The notes beneath the pieces are model-generated. The model did no database searches. It worked only from the letters and a program-made list of their open reading frames with translations, and was not told the origin of the DNA. A stretch of DNA of 64,000 nt from an uncultured Verrucomicrobiae bacterium (GTDB taxonomy: Bacteria; Verrucomicrobiota; Verrucomicrobiia; Chthoniobacterales; UBA10450), in assembly GCA_963834385.1 (NCBI GenBank), contig CAWIBO010000002.1:1024001-1088000 (forward strand). The letters are read 5' to 3'. Numbering within the stretch: position 1 is the stretch's first letter; each line of letters begins with the position of its first letter. Positions 10,312 to 20,301 of the stretch are shown here, piece after piece. The position numbers were made by a program, and so were the translations under genes.

Positions 10312-10503
10312 ATGAAAAGTTACACCACCCGTTATCGCCGCCCGCATCTCCTCCCGGTTCCCTACCGGGCCCATCCCGATCGCCTGGCCCGGGGCGCCCA
10401 GTTTCTCCGTTCGCTGCGCCTCTCGCTCGCGGCCCCGACCGCGCCCGGGTTGAGCCCGCAGCAGGCGGAGTTCGATTTTCTGCCGGCGCCTGCCCTGCGC
10501 TAG
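10312..10503 (+). CDS. 63-aa basic microprotein with a clamp-binding-like motif (QAEFDF) near the C-terminus
   Basis: ATG-started ORF filling the gap divergent from the WYL gene: MKSYTTRYRRPHLL...QQAEFDFLPAPALR. Confidence 0.6.
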   Translation: MKSYTTRYRRPHLLPVPYRAHPDRLARGAQFLRSLRLSLAAPTAPGLSPQQAEFDFLPAPALR

Positions 10504-10591
10504 CCGCGCCGCGCGCGCCAGAAAACCTTTGCGCCGTTCTGGCGGCTTCTCTACGCTGGGAGATGACGTCGCCTGCGGGCGTCGCTCCTGT

Positions 10592-11041
10592 ATGAACGTC
10601 GGCGGCTCGATCGAATCACTTTTACGTCAGAAGGGCCCCGAAGTCTGGAGCGTCGCCCCCGACACGGCGGTCTACGACGCCATCGCCATGATGGCGGAAA
10701 AAAATGTGGGCGCACTTCTCGTGGTCGAGAGCGCAAACCTCGTTGGCATCATCTCTGAGCGTGATTACACCCGCAAGGTCATGCTCCGGGGCAAACGCTC
10801 TCGCGAAACCACCGTCCGCGAGATCATGTCGAGCGACCTGACCACGGTCGATCCCAAGCAATCGGTCGACGATTGTCTCCGCTTCATGACGGAAAAGCGG
10901 ATCCGGCACCTGCCCGTGGTCAAAGGGGGCGATATCTGCGGCGTCATTTCCATCGGCGATCTCGTCAAGCACCTGATCTCGGTGCAGAGCGCCACGATCG
11001 ACCAGCTCGAACGCTACATCTCCGGCGGCTTTACCAACTAG
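10592..11041 (+). CDS. CBS-domain pair protein
   Basis: VWSVAPDTAVYDAIAMMAEKNVGALLVV, GIISERDY, RIRHLPVV, SIGDLVK. Confidence 0.92.
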   Translation: MNVGGSIESLLRQKGPEVWSVAPDTAVYDAIAMMAEKNVGALLVVESANLVGIISERDYTRKVMLRGKRSRETTVREIMSSDLTTVDPKQSVDDCLRFMTEKRIRHLPVVKGGDICGVISIGDLVKHLISVQSATIDQLERYISGGFTN

Positions 11042-11045
11042 GGCG

Positions 11046-12329
11046 TCAAAGCGCCCAGACGGTTTCGCCCGCCACGATCGTTCGGACGGCGCGTCCCCGC
11101 AGCTCCCACCCATCAAACGGGGTATTGCGCGAGGCCGACTCGAAACGGTCCGCGTCCACTTTCCATTCCAGGTCCGGGTTGATCAGCGTGATGTCCGCGG
11201 GCGCGCCCGGCGAAAGGGTGCCGGCAGTGAGCCCGAGCAGGCGGGCCGGTTCCACGGTGAACATCTCGAGCAGGCGCGGCAGGCCAATCGTCTTCTTCCG
11301 GTGCAGCAGTTCGGTCAGGAAAAGACCAAGCTCCGTTTCCAGGCCGAGAATGCCGAACGGTGCCTGGTCGAACTCCACCTCTTTTTCAAAACGGGCATGG
11401 GGGGCATGATCACTCGCGAGGATGGTGATGGTGCCGTCCGCCACGCCCTCGAGGAGCGCGGCGACATCGGCGGCGCTGCGCAGGGGCGGATTCATCTTGC
11501 TGTTGGTATCGAAGCCCTGCACGGCCTCATCGGTCAGGGCAATGTGATGCGGGCAAATTTCGCCGCTGACCTTGACGCCACGGGCGCGCGCTTCGCGCAA
11601 GAGCCGCACGCTCCCGGCGGCACTGAGATGCTGGCAATGAATGTGGTGATCACAGAGCTCGGCCAGGATGATGTTGCGCGCGACGATCATTTCCTCGCCC
11701 GCGGCCGGCCAGCCGGGGAGGCCCAGAAGCCGGCTCCAGTAGCCCTCGTGCACCACGCCGTTGCCGACCAGGTTGTAATCCTGGCAGTGATCGAAAACCG
11801 GTCTCCCGACCATGCGGGCGTACTCGACCGCCCGCCGCATCAGCTCGTGATTCTGGATGCAATGCCCGTCATCGGTAAACGCCACCACCCCGGCCTGCGC
11901 CAGCGCACCGAGCGGGGCGAGTTCCTCTCCTGCCAGCCCCCGGGAGAGCGCGCCGGTGGGCAGAACGTTCACGCACGCCTGGGTCTTTGCCCGATCCCTG
12001 ATCCAGCCGATCGTGCTCGGCGCGTCCGCCACGGGCGAGGTGTTGGGCATGCAGACCACCGTGGTAAACCCGCCGGCCGCGGCCGCCCGCGTTCCGCTCT
12101 CGATCGTCTCCTTGTGCCCGAAGCCGGGCTCGCGCAGATGAACATGCAGATCGATCAGCCCCGGACTGACGACAAGGTTCCTCGCATCGATTTCAGCCGG
12201 GGGCGGTGTTCGCGTCGAAAGCTGGGCGGGATCGGCAATCGTTCCGTCGACCACGAGAAGGTCGGCGATTTCATCACGCTGATTGGCTGGGTCGATGATC
12301 CGGCCGCCTTTGATCAGGATCGCGCTCAC
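11046..12329 (-). CDS. pyrC: Dihydroorotase
   Basis: PGLIDLHVHLREPG, AAAGGFTTVVCMPNT, KMNPPLRS, ASDHAPH. Confidence 0.95.
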   Translation of the reverse strand: MSAILIKGGRIIDPANQRDEIADLLVVDGTIADPAQLSTRTPPPAEIDARNLVVSPGLIDLHVHLREPGFGHKETIESGTRAAAAGGFTTVVCMPNTSPVADAPSTIGWIRDRAKTQACVNVLPTGALSRGLAGEELAPLGALAQAGVVAFTDDGHCIQNHELMRRAVEYARMVGRPVFDHCQDYNLVGNGVVHEGYWSRLLGLPGWPAAGEEMIVARNIILAELCDHHIHCQHLSAAGSVRLLREARARGVKVSGEICPHHIALTDEAVQGFDTNSKMNPPLRSAADVAALLEGVADGTITILASDHAPHARFEKEVEFDQAPFGILGLETELGLFLTELLHRKKTIGLPRLLEMFTVEPARLLGLTAGTLSPGAPADITLINPDLEWKVDADRFESASRNTPFDGWELRGRAVRTIVAGETVWAL

Positions 12330-12330
12330 G

Positions 12331-12759
12331 TTATTCCTTTTCCTTTCCCAAATGGGCGAGCTGCCTGCTCAGGACCGCGCTGCGCCGCCGTGTGAAAGAT
12401 TCCCGGGCGAGGTTCGCTTCCGTGGCCGCGAGTGATCCCCCTTCGCTTTGAATCGCTTCCTGCTCAACCCGGTCGCGTTCCCGCATCCACCGGGTCTGTT
12501 CCGAGCGCAACGCCTTCCGGCCGGCAGCGTCGAGGCGGGCGTGCAATTGCAGATACAGGAGCGCCATCTCCGCATCCGCCAGTTCGGCCAGGGCGCCGGT
12601 CAGCCGGTTCATCGCCTGCTGCGGCGGACCTTCCTCCAGTTGAGCCGTGATCCACGCACGCGCCAACTCCACTCCGGGTTCCCAATCCGCCGGCAGCGGA
12701 GCGGCCCCCGGCAAGGGCGCCAGCAAGAGGAGGAACCACGCGACCATCACTCTCTTCAT
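12331..12759 (-). CDS. Secreted LprI/DUF1311-like (lysozyme inhibitor family) protein
   Basis: Signal peptide; QQAMN...DAEMALLY...[14 protein letters not shown]...GGS pattern. Confidence 0.65.
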   Translation of the reverse strand: MKRVMVAWFLLLLAPLPGAAPLPADWEPGVELARAWITAQLEEGPPQQAMNRLTGALAELADAEMALLYLQLHARLDAAGRKALRSEQTRWMRERDRVEQEAIQSEGGSLAATEANLARESFTRRRSAVLSRQLAHLGKEKE

Positions 12760-13694
12760 AAGCCGGAAATTCCGCCGCAGAGATAAAGAACCGCCATGCG
12801 CACGGCCAGGCCGTTGGTCACCTGGTCAAGGATGACGCTGCGCGGGCCATCCGCGATCTCGCTGTCGATCTCGACCCCGCGATTGATCGGGCCCGGGTGC
12901 ATGATGATGCAGTTCGGTTGCAATAGTTTCGCCCGCGCGCGGGTCAGGCCAAAGAGACGGATGTACTCACCGAGACCGGGGAAGTATTCCTTGCGCTGCC
13001 GCTCGTGCTGGATCCGGAGCAGGTTAACCACGTCGGCCGTGGGCAGGACGGCATCGAGATCGTGCGAGACTGTGACGCCGAGCCGCTCGAACTCGCGCGG
13101 GACCAGCGTGCCTGGGCCGACAAGGGTCACGCGCGCGCCCAGTTTGGTGAGGCCAAAAATGTTGGAACGGGCCACCCGGCTGAAGAGGATGTCGCCCACG
13201 ATGGCGACATGCAGTCCCTCGATTCGTCCGCATTTCTCGCGCATGGTGTAGAGATCGAGCAGGCCCTGGGTGGGATGTTCGTGCGCGCCATCCCCGGCAT
13301 TGATCACGCTCGCCTGCAGTCGTTCCGCCAAAAATTGCGCCGCCCCGGCGGAGCTGTGACGCAGGACGATCATGTCGGCGTGCAGCGCCTGCAGGTTGCG
13401 CGCGGTGTCGAGCAGCGTTTCGCCCTTGGTCAGGCTGGAGGTGGCGGCCGAGACGTTGATCACATCGGCGCTCAGGCGGTGGGCCGCGAGTTCGAAAGAG
13501 ATGCGGGTGCGCGTGCTCGGTTCGACAAAGAAATTCACCAGGGTGCGGCCGCGCAGGGCCGGGACTTTCTTGATCTCGCGAGTGCCGACCTGCTTGAAGG
13601 CGTCCGCGGTCTCGAGCACGAACTCGATCTCCTCTCGTGAAAGTTCACGCAGCCCGAGAAGGTCTTTCCGATTCCAGCGCATCTCCCTCTTCAT
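12756..13694 (-). CDS. pyrB: Aspartate carbamoyltransferase catalytic subunit
   Basis: [42 protein letters not shown]; start could be 13682. Confidence 0.97.
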   Translation of the reverse strand: MKREMRWNRKDLLGLRELSREEIEFVLETADAFKQVGTREIKKVPALRGRTLVNFFVEPSTRTRISFELAAHRLSADVINVSAATSSLTKGETLLDTARNLQALHADMIVLRHSSAGAAQFLAERLQASVINAGDGAHEHPTQGLLDLYTMREKCGRIEGLHVAIVGDILFSRVARSNIFGLTKLGARVTLVGPGTLVPREFERLGVTVSHDLDAVLPTADVVNLLRIQHERQRKEYFPGLGEYIRLFGLTRARAKLLQPNCIIMHPGPINRGVEIDSEIADGPRSVILDQVTNGLAVRMAVLYLCGGISGL

Positions 13695-13698
13695 GAGA

Positions 13699-14277
13699 TC
13701 AGCCACGTGTCTCACCCTCCTGCACCAGCCAGACGGCGTCCTCCTGCCCGTCCACGTTCTGGAGACGCAACCGCACCTTCTCGCCCGGATGGGTGGGCAG
13801 ATTCTTCCCTACGTAATCCGCGCGGATGGGAAGCTCGCGGTGGCCCCGGTCGATGAGCACGGCGAGCTGGATGCGCGCCGGACGGCCAAAAGAAGCGAGG
13901 GCGTCCATGGCCGCGCGCGCGGTGCGCCCGGTGTAAAAAACATCGTCCACGATAATAACCGTCTTCTCCTCCAGTGGCAGCGGGAGAGCGGTCTGCTGCA
14001 CCACCGGAAGAGTGTCGCGCCGGCCCACGTCGTCCCGGTGCATGGAAACATCGATCAGGCCCAGGCTGACACCGGACTTCTCGATCTCGGCGATAAAGGC
14101 GGCAATGCGACGGGCGACCTCGGCTCCTCGTGACGGAATCCCGGCCAGGACCACGCGGTCCAGCGCCTCGTTACGCTCGATGATCTCGTGCGCCATGCGG
14201 CGCAGGGCACGGCGGATGGCGTCCGCGTCCATGACCGGGGCGGAGGGCGAAGCAGTTTTCGTCTTCGAGGTTGGCAT
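13699..14277 (-). CDS. pyrR: Pyrimidine operon regulator / UPRTase PyrR
   Basis: [49 protein letters not shown]. Confidence 0.96.
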   Translation of the reverse strand: MPTSKTKTASPSAPVMDADAIRRALRRMAHEIIERNEALDRVVLAGIPSRGAEVARRIAAFIAEIEKSGVSLGLIDVSMHRDDVGRRDTLPVVQQTALPLPLEEKTVIIVDDVFYTGRTARAAMDALASFGRPARIQLAVLIDRGHRELPIRADYVGKNLPTHPGEKVRLRLQNVDGQEDAVWLVQEGETRG

Positions 14278-14281
14278 CTGG

Positions 14282-14316
14282 TTCCTTTGCGACCTCGCGG
14301 GATCGCCTTAAAGGAA
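14282..14316 (-). promoter_or_regulatory. PyrR-binding RNA element in the pyrR leader
   Basis: Minus strand UUCCUUUAAG-GCGAUCCCGCGAGGUCGC-AAAGGAA fits the CUUUAA / UCCnGnGAGG / AAAG PyrR-binding-loop pattern, 4 nt upstream of the pyrR ATG. Confidence 0.85.
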
Positions 14317-14324
14317 GCGAATGG

Positions 14325-14576
14325 TCAGGAGTTCCCGGTCTTGGGCTCGGCCCGGACCTCCTTCATTCGCTTGTCGCGCCAGTTCGACCGGTGTTTGACG
14401 ATCCAGTCGAGGAGCGCCTTCTCGAAACCGATGTCCGTGCCGGCCTTCTCGCTCTCGATCCATTTATGCTTCAGGATCTCTTCCCGTTCGGCGAGAAACT
14501 CCTTGTACAACACGGAGTTTTTAACAAACTGCGGCTGTTCTTCTTGCGAAGAGGGCATGCGTGTCGTGTTTTCCAT
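14325..14576 (-). CDS. Small DUF4032-like protein
   Basis: SVLYKEFLAEREEILKHKWIESEKAGTDIGFEKALLDW. Confidence 0.8.
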   Translation of the reverse strand: MENTTRMPSSQEEQPQFVKNSVLYKEFLAEREEILKHKWIESEKAGTDIGFEKALLDWIVKHRSNWRDKRMKEVRAEPKTGNS

Positions 14577-14641
14577 AAAATCCGCCCGCAGGTCAATCAA
14601 AACCCGCGCCGCCGGGAGTTTGGACAAGCATCGGCCGTGCC

Positions 14642-15700
14642 TTATTCATTGGCCGCATCTCCCTCGAGACGCGCGCGGATTTTTCCGGCAATGCTCCGGA
14701 ATTCCGCCGCCACCGGCGAGTTTTCGTCTTCCGCCGTGATCGGCATGCCCCGATCGCCTGATTCCCGCGTCGGAATATCGATCGGGATCTGGCCCAGGAA
14801 GGGAACCTTCAGGCGCTTCGCCTCGCGTTCGCCCCCGCCGCGGCCGAAAATATCGTAGCGGGTCCCGTCGCCCGGCGCGACGAAGTAGCTCATGTTCTCG
14901 ACCAGGCCGAGCACCGTCACATTCACCTTCTCAAACATGCTCGCGGCCTTGCGCGCATCGATCAGCGCCACTTCCTGCGGCGTGGTCACGATGATCGCCC
15001 CGGCCAGGGCCACCGTCTGCACAATGGTCAACTGGATGTCCCCCGTCCCGGGCGGGAGATCGAGGATGAGGAAATCGAGTTCGCCCCATTCCACCTGCCG
15101 CAGGAATTGCTGGGTGTAACGGGTCACCATCGGCCCGCGCAGAACGGCGGGGGAGGCGTCCTCCAGGAGGAACCCCATCGACATCAGACGCAGGCCATAT
15201 TGCTCGATCGGGATGATCCGGTTCTCCTCCGTCGCCATCGGTCGCTCGCGCGAGCCGAACATCAGCGAAATGCTCGGCCCGTAAATGTCGCAGTCACAAA
15301 GCCCGACGCGCGCGCCTTCCTGCTGGAGCGCCACCGCGAGATTGGCCGCCACGGTGGACTTGCCCACCCCGCCCTTGCCGCTGGCGATGGCGATGACGTT
15401 CCCCACGCCTTCAATCCGTGTCGCCATGGTCCCGGCGGCACCCGCCCCGGCCGGCGGCGCCTGCACGTCGATCAGAACCCTGGCTTTCGAGACCCCGGGA
15501 ATTTCCCGCATGACGGCTTCGCCCTCGCGCTTGATCGTTTGCGGGATGGCCGGCTCATTCGTGGCCAGGGCCAGCTGCACGGTGACGTCGCCACCCTCGA
15601 TCCGGACCTGCTTGACCAGCCCAAACGAGACGATGTCCCGGCTAAAGCCGGGATACTTCACCGATTTAAGGGCGTCGCGAACGAGTTCTTCCGTAATCAC
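14642..15700 (-). CDS. mrp: Mrp/ApbC (NBP35) Fe-S cluster carrier ATPase
   Basis: N-terminal DUF59-like domain, IASGKGGVGKSTV, DCDIYGPS, DLPPGTGD, GLVENMSYF; GTG start inferred. Confidence 0.93.
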   Translation of the reverse strand: MITEELVRDALKSVKYPGFSRDIVSFGLVKQVRIEGGDVTVQLALATNEPAIPQTIKREGEAVMREIPGVSKARVLIDVQAPPAGAGAAGTMATRIEGVGNVIAIASGKGGVGKSTVAANLAVALQQEGARVGLCDCDIYGPSISLMFGSRERPMATEENRIIPIEQYGLRLMSMGFLLEDASPAVLRGPMVTRYTQQFLRQVEWGELDFLILDLPPGTGDIQLTIVQTVALAGAIIVTTPQEVALIDARKAASMFEKVNVTVLGLVENMSYFVAPGDGTRYDIFGRGGGEREAKRLKVPFLGQIPIDIPTRESGDRGMPITAEDENSPVAAEFRSIAGKIRARLEGDAANE

Positions 15701-15870
15701 AAGGGCCGCCAATCTACCCGCGGTGCGCCGGAGGTAAAATGCCGCACCGTGGCCGCGGCCCCGCCGGGAGCGCGGCCATCTCGGCGGCGTTGACTTGTGC
15801 GCCCCGTTGCGAAACGATGCGGGCAGAACCGGGAGGACTTCCCGGCAGTAAAACATCCGGAAAACTTTTT

Positions 15871-16521
15871 ATGGGTAAATTTGCCATCGGCTGCGGAGGT
15901 CTTCTCCTTGTTCTTCTCATCATCGGCGGCTTTCTCGCCAGCCGTTACAACAGCCTGGTGACGCTGCGGCAGGGTACCAACGAGAAATGGGCGCAGGTGC
16001 AAACCCAGTATCAACGCCGGGCTGACCTCGTCCCCAACCTCGTCAACACCGTCCAGGGCGCGGCGAACTTCGAACGCCAGACGCTGACCGACGTGATCCA
16101 GGCACGCCAGCAGGTGACCAACCTGCAAATCGATCCGAATTCCGCGCCGACTGACCCGGCCACGCTGCAACGCTTCGCCCAGACCCAGGAATCGCTCAGC
16201 GGCGCCCTTTCCCGCCTCCTTGTCGTGATCGAGCGCTACCCCGACATCAAGGCGAACGCCAACTTCCAGAACCTGCAGGCGCAGCTGGAGGGAACCGAGA
16301 ACCGGATCGCGGTGGCGCGAAACGATTTCAACACGGTGGTGCGCGACTACAACACCACCCTGCAGCGTTTCCCGACCAACCTGGTGGCGGGGCTGTTCGG
16401 CTTCCAGATCAGGCCTTACTTTGAGAGCGCGCCGGGCGCCGAGATCGCGCCGAACGTGCAGTTCAACTTCGGGGCCAGCCCCGCGCCTGCGGCCACGGCT
16501 GCGCCCGTGGCGACGCCTTAG
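15871..16521 (+). CDS. lemA: LemA family protein
   Basis: N-terminal TM helix, YNSLV, QYQRRADLVPNLV, ERYPDIKAN, LEGTENRIAVAR. Confidence 0.95.
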   Translation: MGKFAIGCGGLLLVLLIIGGFLASRYNSLVTLRQGTNEKWAQVQTQYQRRADLVPNLVNTVQGAANFERQTLTDVIQARQQVTNLQIDPNSAPTDPATLQRFAQTQESLSGALSRLLVVIERYPDIKANANFQNLQAQLEGTENRIAVARNDFNTVVRDYNTTLQRFPTNLVAGLFGFQIRPYFESAPGAEIAPNVQFNFGASPAPAATAAPVATP

Positions 16522-16530
16522 TCGCTGGCC

Positions 16531-17356
16531 TTGCGCGCCTTTTCCCACAGCGGCGGCGGTGGCGCCGGCCTGTCCTCGTTCCGCGCCGGGGTCTCCCGGT
16601 CGCTCCTCCTTGGCTGTCTCCTGGGCCTGGTCGTTTCCGAGGTCGCCGCGGAGACGATTCCGCCGAAAGCCCGGGCGTTACTTCAACGATTACGCCGGCG
16701 TGGTGGGAAGCGAGCGGGCGCTGGAGTTGAACGAGCAACTGGCGCAGTTCGAACGCGAAACCTCCAACCAGATCGTCGTGGCCGTCTTCCGCAAAATGCA
16801 AAGCGAGGACGACATCGCCGCCTACACCGAGCGGGTGGCCGATGCCTGGCAGGTGGGACAGGCGGACAAACGCAACGGCGCCGTTCTCTTCGTCTTTCTC
16901 GACGATCGCAAGATGTTCATCCAGGTCGGCTACGGTCTCGAGGGCGCCATTCCGGATGTGACCGCCTTCGACATCACCGAGCGCCGCATCAAGCCGCTCT
17001 TCAAGGGTGGGGACATCCCGGGCGGCCTCGCCGTGGGCGTGACGTCACTCATGGAAGCGGCCCGGGGCGAGTACAAAGGAACCGGGAAAACGGTGAGCGA
17101 ACGGGGAGGTGAAGAAGGTTCACCGGCCTTTGCCCTTTTCACGGTGTTTGTTTTCCTGGTCATCCTGATCCTGATCATCCGGGCCTCCGCGAAGAAGACG
17201 AAGAAAGGCTGGAGCTATTCCGGGACCGGGGGCCCATTTGTGGGCGGATGGACCAGCGGGTCGGGCGGCGGTTGGTCCTCAGGCGGTGGCGGGTTCAGCA
17301 GCTTCAGCGGCGGCGGCGGCAGCTTTGGCGGGGGAGGCGCCGGCTCGAGCTGGTAA
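16531..17356 (+). CDS. TPM-domain (YgcG-like) membrane protein, frameshifted near 16667
   Basis: Signal peptide ending AETIPPK in one frame; RYFNDYAG, QIVVA, IQVGYGLEGAIPD and Gly-rich tail GGGSFGGGGAGSSW in the other; start uncertain. Confidence 0.88.
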
Positions 17357-17363
17357 AAATCTT

Positions 17364-17801
17364 ATGAAGACAGAGGATTTCCTGGGGAAATTGGCGCACG
17401 ACCGCATCGTGGAGGCCATTGCGGAGGCGGAAAAGAAGACGTCGGGCGAGATCCGGGTCTACGTCGACCGGGGGAATCCGACCGAAGCGCCGCTGGTGGC
17501 GGCGGAGCGCCAGTTCCAGAAAATGGGCATGGAGAAGACGCGCGACCGGAACGCCGTCCTCATCTACGTCGCCCCGCGGCCGCAGAAGTTCGCCGTCTGC
17601 GGCGACCTCGCGGTGGACGAAAAATGCGGGCCTGACTACTGGAACGAGCTGGTGGCGGGCATGCGCGACAGACTCCGCAGCGGTGATTTCACCGGGGCGC
17701 TGGTGGAGGCAATCACCCGCTGCGGCGAGTTGCTTGCGCTTCATTTCCCGAGACGGGCCGACGATCAGAACGAGCTGCCTGATCACCCGGTGGAGGGTTA
17801 G
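17364..17801 (+). CDS. TPM-domain protein
   Basis: AIAEAEKKTSGEIRV, TRDRNAVLIY, HFP...NELPD; usual third gene of the lemA cluster. Confidence 0.9.
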   Translation: MKTEDFLGKLAHDRIVEAIAEAEKKTSGEIRVYVDRGNPTEAPLVAAERQFQKMGMEKTRDRNAVLIYVAPRPQKFAVCGDLAVDEKCGPDYWNELVAGMRDRLRSGDFTGALVEAITRCGELLALHFPRRADDQNELPDHPVEG

Positions 17802-17821
17802 GCTGTTCGTCGCTTTTCCCG

Positions 17822-19012
17822 GTGGCAGCGTTGCCTCAAGTCGTTCGCGGCCTTCCTCCCGCGTTTTGGATCCTGTTTTTTGGGACCTTGATCAACCGGC
17901 TGGGCGGATTCGTGCTCGTCTTCCTGGCCATCTACCTGACGGAGGCGCGCGGATTGAGCCTTGGGCAAACGGGCCTTGTGCTCTCCTGCTACGGACTGGG
18001 GGCCATCGTTGCGGCGGCGGGCGGCGGCATCCTGAGCGACCGGATTGGGCGGCGGCCAACCCTGGTGGCCGCTCTTATGCTCGGGGCGGTGGCAATGCTG
18101 GTCCTCGGCCTGATGCGAAGCATCAGTGGGATCGCGCTTGCCGCCCTGGGGACGGGACTCCTTTATGAACTCTATCGCCCCGCCGTTTCCGCCACCGTGG
18201 CCGATCTTATCCCGAGCTCCGACCGGCCGCGTGCCTACAGCCTGATTTATTGGGCCGTTAACGCCGGGGCCGCCATCGCGCCAATCCTGGGGGGTGTTCT
18301 TGTCGCGAAAAGCTACTTCGCGCTCTTCGCCGCGGACGCGGCCACCACCTTTCTTTACGGTCTCATCGTCTGGCGTGCCCTGCCCGAGACACGTCCGCCT
18401 CCCGGCGGGGGGCGTGCACAGGAGCAATCGAGCCCCGGGGCCGTGCTGCGGGACCGTTACTTCCTCGCGGTTTGCCTCCTGGTCACGATCCTGTGTCTTG
18501 TCTTCTTCCAGTCATTCACCACCCTGCCGCTCGATATGCGTGCAAACGGTTTATCGCCGCAGGCCTTTGGCGCCCTCATCGCGATCAACGGTGGCATGAT
18601 CGTCCTCCTGCAGCCGTTCGCCGGCGTCTGGATACAAGGGCATTCCAAAATACGTACTCTGGCGCTTGCCTCCGCCATCATCGGAATCGGCTTTGGGCTG
18701 CACGGCCTTTCCTCCTCGGTGCCCTGGTATGCCGTGGCCGTGATGGTTTGGACCCTGGGCGAAATCATTTATAGCCCGGCGGCCGCGACTCTTGCAGCGG
18801 ATCGCGCCCCGGTGCACATGCGCGGCCGCTATCAGGGCGTTCTTTCCATGGCCTTCAGCTCGGGCTTTTTCTTCGCGCCACTCCTCGGCGGCTGGGTCGC
18901 GGGCGCCCTCGGTTTTCGCGCCGTCTGGCTCGGAGCGCTGCTTCTCGGACTGCTTTCCGCCGCAGGATTCCTCCTCCTTTCCCGTTGGCGTCGCCCTTTG
19001 CCGCAATCCTGA
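17822..19012 (+). CDS. MFS transporter
   Basis: About 12 hydrophobic segments; motif A GILSDRIGRR; APVHMRGRYQG. Confidence 0.92.
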   Translation: MAALPQVVRGLPPAFWILFFGTLINRLGGFVLVFLAIYLTEARGLSLGQTGLVLSCYGLGAIVAAAGGGILSDRIGRRPTLVAALMLGAVAMLVLGLMRSISGIALAALGTGLLYELYRPAVSATVADLIPSSDRPRAYSLIYWAVNAGAAIAPILGGVLVAKSYFALFAADAATTFLYGLIVWRALPETRPPPGGGRAQEQSSPGAVLRDRYFLAVCLLVTILCLVFFQSFTTLPLDMRANGLSPQAFGALIAINGGMIVLLQPFAGVWIQGHSKIRTLALASAIIGIGFGLHGLSSSVPWYAVAVMVWTLGEIIYSPAAATLAADRAPVHMRGRYQGVLSMAFSSGFFFAPLLGGWVAGALGFRAVWLGALLLGLLSAAGFLLLSRWRRPLPQS

Positions 19013-19256
19013 ATGCACGGGGCCAGCCGCCCGACTTGCAAAAGGGCGGCTTTGATGTTCATTCCCCGTTCCGCAGCGAGTTTTACTAGTTGCGCCGTTG
19101 GTCCCTGGGTCGCCGTTGCTTGACGGAAACCACACTCGCCAGGGGGAACCCGGTGCTGAGAAAGGAATTTCGATTTAAGGTTCCCGAGGCTTGATCGTGC
19201 CAGACCTTGCTTGTCTGCCATCGAAGATTCGGGAATCGACATTCGAAAATTTGCAT

Positions 19257-20297
19257 ATGCCAGTTCGTTACGGCCGATTCGAAATGCCGAAAACGCTCAC
19301 CAAAGAGGAGAGCACCGCCACTGAAACCTACGCGAAGTTTGTCGCTGAACCGTTCGAGGCCGGCTACGGCCACACCGTCGGCAACTCGCTACGCCGCGTC
19401 CTGCTCTCGTCACTCGAGGGTGCCGCCATTACCGCGGTCAAAATCACCGGGGCCCAGCACGAGTTCGCCACCCTCCCGCACGTGGTCGAGGATGTCACGG
19501 ACATCGTCCTCAATCTCAAGCGCCTGAAGTTCAAGTCCGCCGACGGCCATGAGCCCCGCAAACTCTCCCTCTCGGTGAACAAGGAAGGCGAGATCACCGG
19601 CGGCGATATCCAGCTCGCGCAGGGCTACGAAGTCCTCAACCCCGACCAGATCATCTGCACCCTCGACAAGAAGCACCGTTTTGACGCCGAACTCGAGGTT
19701 CGCGTCGGCCGCGGCTTTGCCACCGGCGACGAAAACAAGCGGGCCGATCAGCCCATTGGCCTGATCCCGATCGATTCCATCTTCTCACCCGTCACCCGGG
19801 TGAAATACGCAGTGGAAAACACCCGCGTCGGACAGCGCACCGATTACGACAAGCTGATCCTCGAGGTCTGGACCGACGGCCGGCTCACTCCGGACGACGC
19901 CCTCCTTCAATCCTCCGCCATCCTGCGCCATCACCTCGATGTTTTCGTCAACTTCAACGAGAACGTGATCGAGTTCGACGAGACCCCGGCCGGCGTGAGC
20001 GAGGAGAACATGAAGCTGAAGAAGCTTCTCAACATGAGCGTAAACGAGATCGAACTCAGCGTGCGCGCCGCCAACTGCCTGAACAACGCCAATATCACCA
20101 CGGTCGGCCAGCTCGCACAGAAGACCGAGGCCGAGATGTTGAAATACCGGAACTTCGGCAAGAAATCGCTTAACGAAATCAAGGACAAGCTGCAGCAGCT
20201 GGGCCTCGGCCTCGGGATGAAGTTCGACCCGGGTCTGGTCGACATGCCCATGGCGGTTGAAAGCGCCAATGGCGCCTCGAACGGCACCGCGGAGTAA
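19257..20297 (+). CDS. rpoA: RNA polymerase subunit alpha
   Basis: EPFEAGYGHTVGNSLRRVLLSSLEG, RVGQRTDYDKL, alpha-CTD ELSVRAANCL...NFGKKSLNEI. Confidence 0.98.
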   Translation: MPVRYGRFEMPKTLTKEESTATETYAKFVAEPFEAGYGHTVGNSLRRVLLSSLEGAAITAVKITGAQHEFATLPHVVEDVTDIVLNLKRLKFKSADGHEPRKLSLSVNKEGEITGGDIQLAQGYEVLNPDQIICTLDKKHRFDAELEVRVGRGFATGDENKRADQPIGLIPIDSIFSPVTRVKYAVENTRVGQRTDYDKLILEVWTDGRLTPDDALLQSSAILRHHLDVFVNFNENVIEFDETPAGVSEENMKLKKLLNMSVNEIELSVRAANCLNNANITTVGQLAQKTEAEMLKYRNFGKKSLNEIKDKLQQLGLGLGMKFDPGLVDMPMAVESANGASNGTAE

Positions 20298-20301
20298 TTC
20301 C

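Noticed and set aside
10563..10595. 10-codon uORF (MTSPAGVAPV) overlapping the CBS start, after a TACGCT box
   Set aside because: Too short to tell from chance without ribosome profiling.
17220..17356. GGC-rich low-complexity repeat
   Set aside because: It encodes the normal Gly/Ser tail of TPM-domain proteins.
19140..19175. GGTGCTGAGA resembling a TPP riboswitch core
   Set aside because: No downstream ACCC/ACCTG or P5 loop motifs, and the rpoA context does not fit.
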